Below the pieces are notes generated by a model. That model had not been told where the DNA came from. It saw nothing but the letters and a program-made list of their open reading frames with translations, and did no database searches. A stretch of DNA of 64,000 bases, taken from Lophium mytilinum (lineage: Eukaryota). The stretch spans positions 2,217,195 through 2,281,194 of the forward strand of contig MU004182.1 in the NCBI GenBank assembly GCA_010093605.1, written 5' to 3'. The translations under genes were made by a program, and so were the position numbers. Below, in pieces: positions 24,649 to 38,100 of the stretch (positions are counted from its first letter, which is position 1; each line of letters starts with the position of its first letter).

Positions 24649-25584
24649 AGTAGCAGGAGGGCGTAAGGTTGTAGAGGTGGAGTGTCGGGGTGCGAAGTTT
24701 TGGTGGGAGGAGACTAAGAGTGAGAGGTTGGAGTGACGATCAAAGCTCGAGTTGCAGCGAGAGAGGTAGATGCGAGATCCCTTTATTAGTATATCGTGGC
24801 TTGCGCTCTGATGTGCGCTCTGATGTGCGCTCTGAATCACGTGAACGATGCCTCCCATGGTAACGAGCCATTCTTACGGGCGGGAGGGCCCACACTGAAC
24901 CCATGGAACTAACCAGGGGAGTTCGCCGCTTGCTGTAGATTAAGTTATGCTCAAGCCTATCAAGGAGAACTTTCCGACATTGAGCATATGTGTTCCGAAT
25001 GAGCTTAGTATGTTTAGGCGGGATTAACCTTCTCCATGTACAGTACTAGGACTTAAGTCTGATCCGATGAACCGTACGTTTCCCACCAAAAAACGTTGGG
25101 TGCTCGGAGCAGACTTAAGTCTACTGACTGTAGATGCGAGCAACCTGAACTGGGTCGTGGTTCCAGTAACATATAGCGCTGAAAGAGCGAAAAGCACGGC
25201 AACACTTGGCCGTCCAGTATATAGAGGCATGTACGTTGCTGAAGATTTTTGATTATTGAAGAAGTTCGTTGTCATTGTAGTCGTAATCATTGTGTCGGCT
25301 TCTTCTAGGCGTGTTAGCTAGATTGCGGGACGAACTGCACCCTGTTCCAAAACAACTCACACATACCTTGATGTCTATGGAAGAGTTGCAAAGTAGTTAC
25401 TGTCGTAGTTGTTCCATATACCATTGTGAGCTCCTACCCCTCCGGGGCATCTGCACGAGCGATATCCCACATCGCTCTCCTCGCCGCAGCCATTCCGACG
25501 GTTGTTGACCTCATCCAAAGCCATCTCCAAAGCCAGCCGTCCTAGCGCAGACATGTTCTTGTATCTCGGGAGCTCCTGAGAATC

Positions 25585-26058
25585 TCATCCACCCATTTTC
25601 GTATCCCCGGCCTCAACATTCCCACTCTCTTCCGCCTTAATGTTCCCTCCCTTCCCCAAGCCCTCCAACGCCGTCTTCAGCCCCCTCACCCTCTCTTCTA
25701 GCTCCGCAATTTCCTCCTCCTGCTCCTCGATCCCCCGTCCCACGTCCGGCAGGGCCATAACGGCCATCCTCGCCCTCTGCAGCTTCAACTTCAGCTTCGT
25801 CGCTTCGCTCGGCAGGCCCTGGATATCGAGCTGGTTCGCAGCTTCGGGATCGACGGTATGTGTAGGATTCGGATCTGCTGGCTGGGCGGTGGTTGTGAGC
25901 AGGCGGGTGAGTAGGGTGTGGAGCGGTGGGAGAGTGTCGAAGCTGGACGGCGAGGGGAGCGGTGGTGGAGCGGGAGGAGCAGGCGTGGACGAGGGAGTTG
26001 CGGAGGTGGTGTGGAGGGCGAAGGTAGGGTGGGTCGCGGGGGTTTGGGGGTTCGACAT
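25585..26058 (-). CDS. med9: Mediator subunit Med9-like protein
   Basis: FDTLPPLHTLLTRL and KLQRARMAVMALPDVGRGIEEQEEEIAELE coiled-coil pattern of fungal Med9. Confidence 0.75.
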   Translation of the reverse strand: MSNPQTPATHPTFALHTTSATPSSTPAPPAPPPLPSPSSFDTLPPLHTLLTRLLTTTAQPADPNPTHTVDPEAANQLDIQGLPSEATKLKLKLQRARMAVMALPDVGRGIEEQEEEIAELEERVRGLKTALEGLGKGGNIKAEESGNVEAGDTKMGG

Positions 26059-26649
26059 TGGGGGGACGGCTGGTATGATGGCGACGTTGATGATGTCGAT
26101 GGTGGTTGTAGTTCTAGAGGTTGAAGTTGTGAAGTTGAAGCTTCGCGTGGGAACAAAAGAACAGCGCCAAGATGGGCGTCAAAGCTCTGGCAGTCAGTAT
26201 TAGATAAACACAGCAGTCGGTAGGATCCCGTGATACGCAGGTACCGGCCGTGCGTGTGTTGATGGCGATGGAGGACGGGCTGAATCGGAGGAGACGTCGG
26301 AGCTGCGGGCAAGCCTGAGATTCCCGCGAAGAGTTCCAGCGGCTTTGTTACCTCGGGTGAGGGCGATGTGTCGTTCTCCGGCTTCAATAGTCCTCGCGGG
26401 TACACGAACGCAGCTATTCAAAAGAGATACTTCTCAGCGTTATCGCAGACGTTCGCGTGGGTGACGTGGTGTTGCTTTTGGTTGAGTCTTTTTCACCCCG
26501 CTACCCCTCCACCACACCACTCTTCTCTCCCCATCACCTGTTGCCCGGTCACCGTGCAGTGTTACATTGCGAAGACCTTTTCCTTTCTTTCGTTCAATTG
26601 ATTTCTCCTCACCTTTTCCCCTTCCTACATTTCCCCAAAGTCAAACAAG

Positions 26650-28316
26650 ATGGTGAAAGTCAACCAAAAAGCCGTCCTCATCGTTATCGACGGATGGGGC
26701 ATTGCCAGCTCGTCCTCTCCCAAGGAGGGCGATGCCATCCTTAACGCTGACACTCCCACTATGGATAGCTTCAAAGAGGAGGGATCCAAGACGGCCCAGG
26801 GCTACACCGAGCTCGAAGCTTCCTCCCTCGCCGTCGGGCTGCCCGAGGGCCTGATGGGCAACAGCGAGGTCGGCCATCTCAACATCGGCGCCGGACGGGT
26901 GGTCTGGCAAGATGTCGTGCGAATCGACCAAACGATCAAGACCAACAAGCTGCGTGAGGTGCAAACTATCAAAGACTCGTTCAGTCATGCGAAGAATGGG
27001 AATGGACGTTTGCATTTCCTCGGCCTAGTATCAGATGGCGGAGTCCACTCTCATATCAAGCACCTTATTGCTCTTATTAAGGTGGCTAAGGAGATGGAGG
27101 TCCCCGAGGTCTTCATCCACTTCTTTGGCGACGGAAGAGACACGGACCCCAAGTCTGGAGCTGGTCACCTGAAAGACCTTCTAGAAGCCACCAAGGAGAT
27201 CGGACTCGGGGAGATTGCTACGATAGTTGGCCGATACTACATCATGGACCGTGATAAGAGGTGGGACAGAGTCGAGGTGGGCCTGAAGGGTGTTGTCTCT
27301 GGGGAGGGTGAAGATAGCAACGACCCACTGGCAACAATAAAGGAGAGATATGAGAAGGGAGAAACGGACGAGTTCCTGAAGCCGATTATTGTCGGTGGAA
27401 AGGACCGCCGTATTCAAGGTACGGCAATTTACAAGTTAATACTTGAACTGCAAACTAATTTGTATAGACAACGATACTCTCTTCTTCTTCAACTACCGCT
27501 CCGACCGCGTCCGAGAAGTCGTCCAGCTCATCGGCGACTTCGACCGCTCCCCCAAGCCCGATTTCCCTTACCCCAAAAACCTCAACGTTACTACCATGAC
27601 ACAGTATAACCTGAAGTTCCCGTTCCCGATAGCCTTCAAGCCGCAACACATGGGCAACGTGCTGGCCGAGTGGCTGGGGAAGCAAGGCGTCAAGCAATGC
27701 CACGTCGCTGAGACGGAGAAATACGCACACGTTACGTTCTTCTTCAACGGCGGTGTAGAGAAGCAGTTTGAGAACGAAGAACGAGAGATGATCGACTCAC
27801 CAAAGGTCGCAACGTATGACCTCCAACCGAAGATGAGCGCTATGGGCGTTGCGGAGAAGCTATGCGAGCGCATCAGGACGGATAAATTTGAGTTCCTGAT
27901 GAACAACTTCGCGCCGCCGGACATGGTTGGCCATACGGGTGTGTTGAAGGCCGCGATAGAGGGTGTGACGGAGACAGATAAGGCGATTGCCAAGGTGTAT
28001 GAGCAGTGCAAGGAGAGCGGTTATGTGCTTTTTGTTACAGCTGATCACGGGTGAGTTGTGCAGTTTCCTAGACCAACAATTCGCGCGATGCTAATATTTC
28101 TTTAGAAATGCGGAAGAGATGCTCAACGAGGAGGGCAAGCCGAAAACATCGCACACGACAAACAAGGTCCCCTTTGTAATGGCCAACGCACCCGAAGGCT
28201 TCACTCTGAAGAAGACTGACGGTGTGCTCGGTGATGTCGCGCCTACGGTGCTTTCTATCATGGGCCTGCCGCAGCCGGAGGAGATGGAGGGCCACAGCCT
28301 TTTGATCAAGCCATAG
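26650..28316 (+). CDS. gpmI: 2,3-bisphosphoglycerate-independent phosphoglycerate mutase
   Basis: Exons 26650-27418, 27468-28050, 28106-28316; MGNSEVGH, SDGGVHSH, DGRDT, AETEKYAHVTFFFNGG, DMVGHTG, TADHGN. Confidence 0.97.
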
Positions 28317-28558
28317 ACTGAAACTTGTGCTGAAATGTTATAGCATTTTTGGAGGGCCGGGGGTGTTGAATGTCGAAGGAAAACCGAGTTGACGATTCGA
28401 CGACTTTTCGTGTTGTATAAAGACCTGATAGAAATAACCACAAGGATAGAGCATGGATTCTGGAACCTCTTTTCCCGTGTAAAAACTGCGCAGAGACGTC
28501 TGGCATTGAAATAGTGTTCCTAGAAGTCATCGTTGTGCAAGGAGACTACATCGCCGAC

Positions 28559-28942
28559 GCTAGGTAGGGAAAAAGTGGCACACTCAATCACCACCGTCTG
28601 AGGTGGCCCGGGGAGCTATTAAGCTTGCCAAAGTTGGTATTTCATGGATAGCAAAAACATACTAGAGGACCTCAAACGGTGCTAAAGAATGGTACACAAG
28701 CACATGAATAGTGGGTATATACCCCGAAGATTCGTGGATTGCCAATTTATATTGCCACTTAACTAGTCTACCACGCTGTCTTATAGATAGGTGCACCTGC
28801 CTGCCACTGCTTGGAGTATTTCAATATAGGCGGACTGAAGCTAAAGCTTTGTATCTCATTTGAATACATAAAAATGCATTAAAGCACCACAAGCAGTCGC
28901 AAATAGGTAGGGGTGCCACCTTTTCACGCCCAGCTTGTCTAG
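28559..28942. mobile_element. MITE-like element, family 1
   Basis: Colinear with 4548-4950 (GAGGACCTCAAAC, GCTTGCCAAAG, ATTCGTGGA); ends GAAAAAGTGGCAC / GTGCCACCTTTTC. Confidence 0.7.
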
Positions 28943-30017
28943 GCCGCTGTTGTTTTGAAGTGCAGGTGGGCTGCTGACAAAGCAAATATCCCACTTCTAT
29001 CTCGACATCGAACTCATGTTTGCTTTCTTCATTATCCATCATCAAATTCACTCGACTCGAAATTGAATCACGGGCAAAGCTCGCGGCAGCCAGGTCGTCA
29101 GAACCAACCCCTTGTACAGTCCACGATTCCGGCCTTCCATCTCTTCAGTCAGTATTCTTTCTACACGAACTTGAAAAACAAGGCAATTCATCCTTCAACT
29201 AGGACCTGCGCTTCTCCTATAGTATTTCCTACGCTTAGGTTGTTTACATTTATTCGGTCCTTCTGTCACATTTGGGTTATGGGAGAACAGCACTTTCAAA
29301 ACTAAAGTATATTCCACGTCATGGGGCGTATCACTTCATTAGACATTCCATACTCTTCCCTTTACTATTATATCCATCAAAGTGCCCTAGCTTTAAAGTC
29401 TGGCTCTTGTCATCTCTCTTCACGATCTTCAAACAAACACGTTGCGGATCCGCCTAGACGTCGGGAAACCCGGTCATGTAAGCTGCGTCCAAGACCCTGA
29501 AACAATTGATATAGAGCTGTAACCTCCCCAAGCCGTTCGGGTGAGCAAGTGAGCTAAAAAGCATGTAGCAGAGGAATGGATGCTTTGATCGTCTTTCGAG
29601 ACAGCTTCGAGTAACGAAGCATAGGTGATAGAGCTCATAGATGGGTCTAGGCAAGAACGTCTAGTCGAAAGATGAGACACGTGCCCGGCGCATTGCCGAA
29701 GCCTTGAGGCTAGGCGAAAGCTGGCGGAAGATAACAACATCGCGATCTAAATTGTAAAAATAGTGATATCACTCTTGTTTTCCAAGTACGATTTCGACGT
29801 CCAGTGAGCAAGCAAGGACGTGAGCTGTTTATTGACCTGGACTTGCTTAAAGTAGCTTCAATCGAACACGTGCTCAGCCTCTACTTTGTCTGCTCTTCAC
29901 CTCACCTAGCCCAGCTTCAAGCCTCATTTCGATGTCACTATCACTTAGCGGCCTCCGAAACATCATCAAAACACCGCAGAGTGTGAGTAATATTCTTCAC
30001 CCTATCCGACCCCGCCG

Positions 30018-30935
30018 ATGCATCACGAAAGCAGTCGAGTGAATATCAACCCACTAATACCTACCGCAGCACCCCAGCTATTCACCATGGTGCAACCACC
30101 CCAACTCCCTCATCGACGCCGCGGTCCACATGTCCCTATACCACAACACACCTTCCAACTCCATCTCATTACAAGCATGGGCCCAGGAACAGACCCCCGC
30201 ACATACGCCCGAATCTCCAAACCGGTGCTCGCGCTCAGCACTCCCCACGTCAACCTCTCCACTCTCCGCTACATCTGGACCACCGACCTCAACCTCCTCG
30301 CTACCGGCGAGCAGGCAAACTGGCAGTACCTCCTAGACACGCCTACGCAAGACAGCGGCCGCCAAGTGATCGTTATCAAAATCAACAACTTCACTTCGGA
30401 CGGCAGGAGCCTCCTCACCTTCCTGTGGCATCGCAAGAGCAATCACCGCACCGGCATCCCTTACGTGCTGGCTCCCCACCCGGAGACGCAAGTGTCCTGG
30501 GACTCCGTGGTCATACTCGGGCCTTTTCCCGCAGTATTGGAGAGCTGGCTTTCGGAGAACGTGGCGGAGTCGGTGGTTGGGGAGAACTGGTATGACAAGA
30601 TGGTGAACGGCTATAAAGTCTATCTCATGCTTGGACGAGTTATGATGATCCAGCCGGAGCCACTGATTACGGAATGGACATTCCCTAGTGATTACGAGCG
30701 GCTCCTGAGGCCGGAAGATGTGCGGACGCTCGGCTGCGTTACCGACGACAAGAAGGCGAGGTACGAGAAGGCGGTTGCGGGGTTGTGGAAGGCGATGCAG
30801 GAGAACCCGTCTGACTCTCCGGCATATGTCAAGGCGCATAAGAGGCTCGGCGAGTGGAGCTGGAAGCTGATGGAGGTGGAGCGCCTCCAGGGGTTGAAAA
30901 GAGCTGCGGCGGAAGCAGAAGCTCTAGGAGAATGA
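30018..30935 (+). CDS. Hypothetical protein (true start possibly 30087)
   Basis: Long uninterrupted ORF with coding-like composition; CACCATGG at 30087. Confidence 0.7.
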   Translation: MHHESSRVNINPLIPTAAPQLFTMVQPPQLPHRRRGPHVPIPQHTFQLHLITSMGPGTDPRTYARISKPVLALSTPHVNLSTLRYIWTTDLNLLATGEQANWQYLLDTPTQDSGRQVIVIKINNFTSDGRSLLTFLWHRKSNHRTGIPYVLAPHPETQVSWDSVVILGPFPAVLESWLSENVAESVVGENWYDKMVNGYKVYLMLGRVMMIQPEPLITEWTFPSDYERLLRPEDVRTLGCVTDDKKARYEKAVAGLWKAMQENPSDSPAYVKAHKRLGEWSWKLMEVERLQGLKRAAAEAEALGE

Positions 30936-31350
30936 ACGATATCGAGTAACGGTGATGGATTCAGGGCAAGATTTGGTGGGTATCGAGCTAAACCTGAGCG
31001 GTTAGGAAGATTACGGAGACTAAATCCCTTTTTTGAGACGTGCAAATCAATGGCACATCATTCGAACCTCAGATCATTCGGAAATATGTTTCACAGGATC
31101 AAGGCTTGAGAGAACCGAGCTTGCATTGTGACATACATACTCCTTCACCACTCTCCCTTCTCCCTTCATACATCTTCCTTCACCCGAGAAACCGTACGTT
31201 TGACCCATCAGCTGCGCTGCCATTGACAACGCAGAACCCAGCAGACTCGAGCATAAAATCTGCCCCCTCCTCCACATTCTCAGCACCAGAGCCACCTTCT
31301 GACGCCTTGCCCCCACAGACACCTTCCACAAAATCCCAAGAGCCATCACC

Positions 31351-31560
31351 ATGTGCGAGAAAACCACCAACGACTATGTGTGCGGCCATATGACCGACAC
31401 AGAAACTAAGCGATGCCGGAAGGCGGTGGCCGATGGGAAGACCTGCCAGCACCAGTCTGACACACATACACCATCGGAGGACAAATCCCCAGACTGCAAG
31501 AGAGAGAGCACGTGGAAATCGAAGCAGGTAATCGGCCATGGTTGGAGTTTTGGTAGATAA
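31351..31560 (+). CDS. 69-aa Cys/His microprotein (copy E)
   Basis: CACCATGTG start; MCEKTTNDYVCGH...RCRKAVADGKTC...SPDC (first Cys of CxxC is Ser, TCC). Confidence 0.6.
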   Translation: MCEKTTNDYVCGHMTDTETKRCRKAVADGKTCQHQSDTHTPSEDKSPDCKRESTWKSKQVIGHGWSFGR

Positions 31561-34500
31561 ATGCGAGAATCGAATCATGAGTCATACGAGACTTAGTGAT
31601 TAGCTTGAAACGGCTACTTGTGATCATGCTTGGAAGAGCGTGAGACTTATCTTGAGCGAGTTGTCTTCCTCATTCCCTCACGTCCTTGTCTTCGGTGCCC
31701 AAGTCAAGCAGCCGCTACTTTGGCGGGGAATCGGTCGACGGTGAGCATGAGGACACACCCTACCCCCAGCAAGTTCAAGTTCAGCGGAGACGGCTAGCCC
31801 AGTACATTCTGAGGGAAGCTTCGGTGATCGCCACCCGCCTTCAGATAGCCGGCAAGCCGAATATTCCTATATGGACAGGTTAGCGGAATCAGAAAGAGGG
31901 TTCCGTGGTTACTGACCAATGGCAGGTTTATCCCGCGCTGGTCGCTTTGTGTTTCTTGTATCTTGAAAAGTCCAACACAGATGTCCACAAGAGAACCTGC
32001 GTGTGTTGGAATCCATCCAAATGGGAAGAATCCTCATCCCTGTCTTGTGGATCAATTGGGCTCTCGTCTTCGTTGGCATTCCCGGGGGTCATAGGAGCAG
32101 TCGTGAATCCATACTTCGAGCTCTCTGCCGAGTCATTACCGACCGGATTGCTCCTCGCAGCCGCTTTCTTGCCTGACCGCGAGGGATTTGGGTGCCGCGA
32201 AAACACTTCGTCCTCCGACTGTTCACAATCCTCTTGAGCTTCATTTCCAAGACCACGCGATGCATCATCGACAACACCACTCGATACCGAAGGTGTGACC
32301 GGGACAGAGAAGCGAGAGATTCTCTTAGCCCAACATCTGGCATGCGTGGTGCGATAAGTCTTTGTGCGGTTGGCGCGCGACAAATGCTTTTCACATTTTC
32401 ACTCATTTGTGGGCAAATTGGTAGGAGCCGGGGGGGCGGTCAAAAAGGTACGCTCTCTGGGTAGGAGCCACACATGTTCGGTAGAGCCAAGTAATGTATC
32501 GTGTCCTAAGCGTTTGTGACTCTATTTTCGTGCAGAGCCCAAGATAGCGCTCTACATAATAGCAGCATAAGAGAGCACAGGATGCACCATCGGCATTATG
32601 GCCGGACTGGGAGAGACAATGTTAGATGAGATGACTGCCGGTTCTTGGAAGTTGCAGCAACTTACCGACTTCCTACGATATTGGATCGTTTTCTTGCTCC
32701 CGCGTTTCACGAGCCCTCAACTTTTGGCTTGTCGTCAGAGTTCACTTTGCCAGAGGTCCCAGACTCAACATCGGCCTAGATATATTAGAAACATGTCCGA
32801 ACAGGAAACAGAGGGTATTGCGCATACTTTGTGGCAGTTTTTAACGTGGTTCCGCAGTCCACCTGTTGTCTCAAATGGCTTCTAAACGTGTTTGAAACTG
32901 ATTAGCAAGCTGATTAAAGACTGGAATACAAATGGATCACATACGACCTGTGAACAGAGGGGGACAGGTTCCTCCTCAGTCTCGGAACCCGCCTCGTCGA
33001 CTTCAGTCAAACCAGAGACCAGAACCAGGGAACAGCACGGACGAGACCCAGAGACGACCACAAAGACTTAAAACCTCTTCTGAGCTTCCTCCAGCTACTG
33101 GACTTAAAGATGGCAGCCCAGCAACCGGTCGAGGACCCCAGAGAGAGGTGACAGGCGGATGTAAACATCACGCTGGGGCAGAGTTAGCGGCTGTTCATGG
33201 ATTGCGGTGGTTGGAATGGGGGTTGCGGGGATGAAAGAAGAAAATTTGGGGCGTTGCAGAGCAGAGACGCTGCAATCTCAGGTGATGGGTTCGGGAAGTT
33301 GAGATAGAAGGGAGAATGACATGGTTTGGATCGGCTAACGAGACGAAGGAGTTCGGCACCATGTGCGTAAAGAATGCGATGAAGAAAAGAAAAAGGGAAG
33401 TCGACGAGAGCAAAGTACATCAACAAGGGTGATATGCCATAGCAATATGATAGCGCAGTAAGAGAGAAGAAGAATACAGCAACACAGAGGCCAAAGAGCA
33501 GGGAATTCCAGATGAGAACAACCACACAACAAAAGAAAAAAAGGCGCAATGAAAGAAGAAGGAAAAGCAAGAAACATACCCATAAACCGACACAAGTCCA
33601 CAGCCCTCGAGGGGTCAAAAAGCAGCCCTCGAAGGCCAAAGAGATGAACAAGTGTACCCTTTAATTTTAGGACATCGCTCCAGCTTTATAGCCGTCGTGT
33701 CTATAGTCGAAGACTCACTTCGAATTAGCGCGATGACCGCAAGTCCAACCCTGTGCTACGTTTCTAAGCCTATGCGCCCACGCGGAGATGTGAGGACTGT
33801 CACAAAGACCCACACACGGAAGGCATCCGCCGGAGGTGCAGCTCCGTGGAACAGTCTGATATGCTGCCCTCGGGACCTGCCACTATTCGATAGACGCTCA
33901 AAACGCAGGGATGGGCCATCCGGATCTCAGCATCTCGAGTGGCGAGTTGATTGCAATCGATGATCTCGAGGTGGGTATTGGCTATGCAGCACTTCTGCAG
34001 CCGCCAGCGACCGCATCAATGTTTCCTGCAGATGTTGTCGTGACGTCCGGGCCCACCAATCGTCAATGTCTCCCGCTGTGTAACGTGACGCTCGCTAGAC
34101 CACGTCTCCCTCTCCTCGCCAGAAAGGGGAGCATATTCCCCTTGACCGGCAGACTGAGATGCAGGGAGTTCTGATTGTGGCAATCAGTAGAGAGGAGGCA
34201 AAGCGTTTGAGCATTCTCGTGATAAGGCGGGTTCCCGTGTTCTCCACCTTCCCGCTTCCGCGACCTTGCTTTGACGCTTTGGGCTTTTGAGAGCAGCTTG
34301 TGACACTACACGCCTCACTCTTCCTCCACGCTCATAGCACGAGCCCTAAAAAGCTATTAGAGAGTCGTTAATGGGTAGCCAAAGCTAGAACAAGGCGAAC
34401 TCACCCTCTAGGAGCATATGCGATAACCCACACCAACCTTTCCATCGAATCTATCAGCGTTCAGCAAAGCCAAGCCCCACCCGAGTTGAATGTGACACCT

Positions 34501-35196
34501 CATACCGAAATGTTTGCTCCTGTGACGAACCGCAGAAGCCACTAGCCGCGCCTACGCACAATCAGCGTACTCGCCGTTCCACCAAAATCAGCGTACTACA
34601 GAAGCCTCATCCCAGCAAAAATCAACACAACCCACATTCCCAACCCGCCTCCCCGAACCCCCTCTCAGCACAGCCTTGCACGACAATCACCACGCCCACC
34701 AACCGCCACGCCTGCATAAACACGATACGATTAGCTACCTACACCTCTAGATCCTTGTACACACAATCCTCTTCCTGTACCGTCCCGCTTCCTCTCCCGA
34801 AACCCATGACACCGCCAGAGACGCAGAAACGCCAACGCTTGCCAGGCAGCCAAATCCAAGGTAGTACATCACAGGCGCCAAAGCCAGACCCACTAAACCA
34901 AGTACCCGAGAACATGATCAGGCCGTGAACCCCAGACATCAGCGCGACGAAAAACAGAATCGAAGATCAAACACCAAGAATGGAAAAAGAATAGTTGGGT
35001 ATCAGCACTCCGTTCCACACCGCAACTCCCAGACGCATGCGCCTTCGCATACGCGGACCGTCGGTACCAGAGTCCCGCATGATGCAGCGTCCCTGGCTGC
35101 CTGCGGCGTGCAATTTGCACACTCGCGGTCTCCACGTCCTACCGGTCAGTCCCCTAACTGAACGTAAGCGAGTGGCTGGCGAAGACCGGTCTCGGT

Positions 35197-38100
35197 CTAG
35201 GGTCTGAGCGCCATCGAGGGCTGAATCTTCGCATACAGCTCCGTATCGAGGAAATTGTAATGCGGATCCGAGAAGCAGAACGGCGCTCTAAGAAGTGTCT
35301 CTGCAGTCGGACGATCGATCGGATCACTGTTTGCACGTTAGCATTCTGTCACTTTCCTCCCGCTGATACGGGAAGTCTTCAAGGGGTGCTCACATCGTAA
35401 AGCAGTCATACATGAAACTCAGCGCCTGCGGTGTAATCTGCCCAGACACATCATCCGGAATCGGGGGCGCCTGGTTCAAACTCCCAAGCTTGTAGATCGC
35501 ACCAATAGCCTCCTCTTTACTCCAAGGCCTACGTCCCGCAAACATCTCCAGCACCACGCAGCCAAGCGACCAGATGTCGACTTTGGCGGAGTAGCCCTGG
35601 CCTTGGGAGCGGATGACCTCGGGCGCCATCCAGAAGACGGAGCCTTGCATGCTGTTCGTGACGTCGTTGCCATAGATGTTGTCCGTCTTCTTGGAGATAC
35701 CGAAATCGGAGATCTTGCACGTGCCATCGAGATCCAGAAGAATGTTGTCCGCTTTGAGATCACGATGCAAGATGCCTTCGCGATGGAGATAGCTAAGCCC
35801 GCAGAGTGTCTGGCGGGTCAGACTGCTCACGACGCTCTCCTCAAACTTGCCGTGTTTGCGCAAGCAACTCCCAACGCTACCACCAGGAATGTACTCGAGG
35901 AAGATGGAAATGGAGTACTCCTTGCGCTCACAACCCAGGTATTGCACAATGTTGGGGTGGTCTAGATGCTGCATGGTGTCGATTTCCAGGTCGAGGGATT
36001 TGACCAGCTCCTTCATCTTCGCTTTGTCTTGGCCGGCGACTTTGGGGTTGACTTCGACTTGCTTGACGGCGATGAGCTCACCAGTTGTGATGTTCATACC
36101 GAGGTAGACGCGGCCAAAAGTGCCTTTACCGATGAGTTGACCCTTCATCCATTTGAACGTGGGCTGGCGCTGGGGAACGGGGAGGTGGTCTTGTGGGATA
36201 GGATCGAGCTGGATAAGGCGCGAGCCACGAGGCGGTTTGACTTGCTCGATTTTGGCGTGGAACATCTTAGTGCTCTTACGGCGAATGATGTCGCCGCCGC
36301 CTCGGAGGGTACTGACACGGGCTGGACCGGGAATGGATCGTTTTTCCAAAGGCTGGTATTGGGATTTGACGACATCCCGGATAGACTTGTGGCGGTCGAG
36401 GCCACCTGATTTGCGCAGATTGCGTTGGGCGATGGATTGAAGGCCAACTTCACCACGCTTCAAGCCCACTGGATTGCTTGGGCCCATTGTGTCGCCTTCG
36501 TCAAATGAAGACATCGGCGTGACGGAACGGCTTGGTTTGCTCGAGAAGTCGCTGCTAGGGCCAGTCCCCGGAGAGCTCGGAGGTGAGCTGCCCTCCTCCA
36601 GCATCGGCTGGTCGAGGTTGACGTTAGGGAAAAACTCGTCGAGATGCTCCGCAAGTGCTTCAGGCGGTGGACGATTGGCCCAGACGTCGCTGGCAAAAGA
36701 CTCGCGACGACCAAACTTATTGTTCTCGTCTGGCGATTCGGCCGACCAGGTAGCAGATGCCGCTGATTCGGGGATGCTGTTGCTGTGGCTGCGTTGCGAG
36801 GATTTGGCGGCGTCGCTCTCATTCGCTTCCGTTCCACCGCTTCGTTCGACGGCTGATTTTTCTGGCGATTCGAAAGCAACCTTCGATCGTGATGTCTTCA
36901 AAGTCAACGACGGCCTCTGGCCCTTAGGGCTACCGTCCATCATAGGAGCCTTGCCCTTTGATGGCGGGCTGTCGTCCACCTTGGCTAATGGTTTGGCAAA
37001 TAGACCCTCGTCAGAGTCGTCATCCTCAGAGTCGGCTGGCGCAAGCATTGGCGACTTGTTGAACGCAACATGAGACTCGGTGAAGTCCACCGTTGGGCCC
37101 CATACTGAGGCTCTCGAAGGCTCGCGCGAGAGCTGCGATGATGGCGCATTTCGGGTAGAGGGGCTAATATCTGGCGTCCTCTGCCGCGGAATGTTCTCCT
37201 CGCGCAGTTTACTGATGGCCGGGTTCGCAGGCGTTTGTATAGTAAGGTTCGGCCTTGGAAGAACGAGGTCTCCAGGCACATCTTCCTCATAGTCAGGTAT
37301 TTTGAATGGAATGTTGCCTTTGCTCATGGTGAATGAACCCGGACTGCGAGGAGACCCACCTGGACTGTATCTTCCTGCCTCTCCTGAGCCAAATCCGTTC
37401 TGTTGCAGCACTCTGGTAGAAGGCCGAGTGTTTTCCGTAGCGAAATCTCGGGCGACCGACGCTGGAGGTTGTTTCGGTGGAGAGGCAGCATTTGCTGCAC
37501 CAATATATCCACCCACCCTCCCAGCTCCGACGATAGCTTGCGCGATGCTAGAGAGTCCGGAAGGTCCTTGAGGTATGGCCTTTCGTCGCGCATGTTCTCC
37601 TTCCATCGAAGTTCGCTCCCTTTCTCCAGACGGCCGTTCTCCCGACCTTCGCTTTGCTGACGCCTCGTCTGAGTCGGGCCAGGATTGTCGATCGCGTTTA
37701 TTCTTTGTCAAGGAATTGGCCTTTATCAAGGTGCTACTATCCACCGGCGGTTTTGGCGGCGGTTCGCGTAGCGGCACAAGAGGCTTGCTTTTCCGGTGTT
37801 CTTCGAAAGGCTTCTGCTTGTCTTCGTATGGCGAATCGCGACGATCGTCAAAGTCAATAACACCGTCTCTCTTAATTCCGAAATTACCGTTGACGTCAGG
37901 AGAGTGCTTGTTGAGTTGCTGTCTTTGGTGCACTTGTTTTTGGTATGCCTCCTGTTTGCGCCTTGTCTCTCGGCGATGTTCCTCGGCTGCGGCTTCTAGC
38001 ATTTCCTTTCGCTCAGACTCAGACAAATCGTCAGATGTCTCCCAATTCCGATCACTCTTGTTCAGCCGCTGGGTGATGGCCTCTGGAGTAATTTCCTCTT

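Noticed and set aside
24803..24834. GCGCTCTGATGT unit repeated about three times
   Set aside because: Simple short tandem repeat with no unique spacers; not a CRISPR array
25024..25290. 88-aa ORF and repeated GACTTAAGTC palindromes
   Set aside because: No motif support; short palindromes of this size can arise by chance
31640..33660. ORFs 31928-32406 (-) and 32932-33234 (+) and the purine-rich tract after them
   Set aside because: Low complexity and interrupted by stops, with no recognisable domain; possibly gene relics, but I cannot support a call
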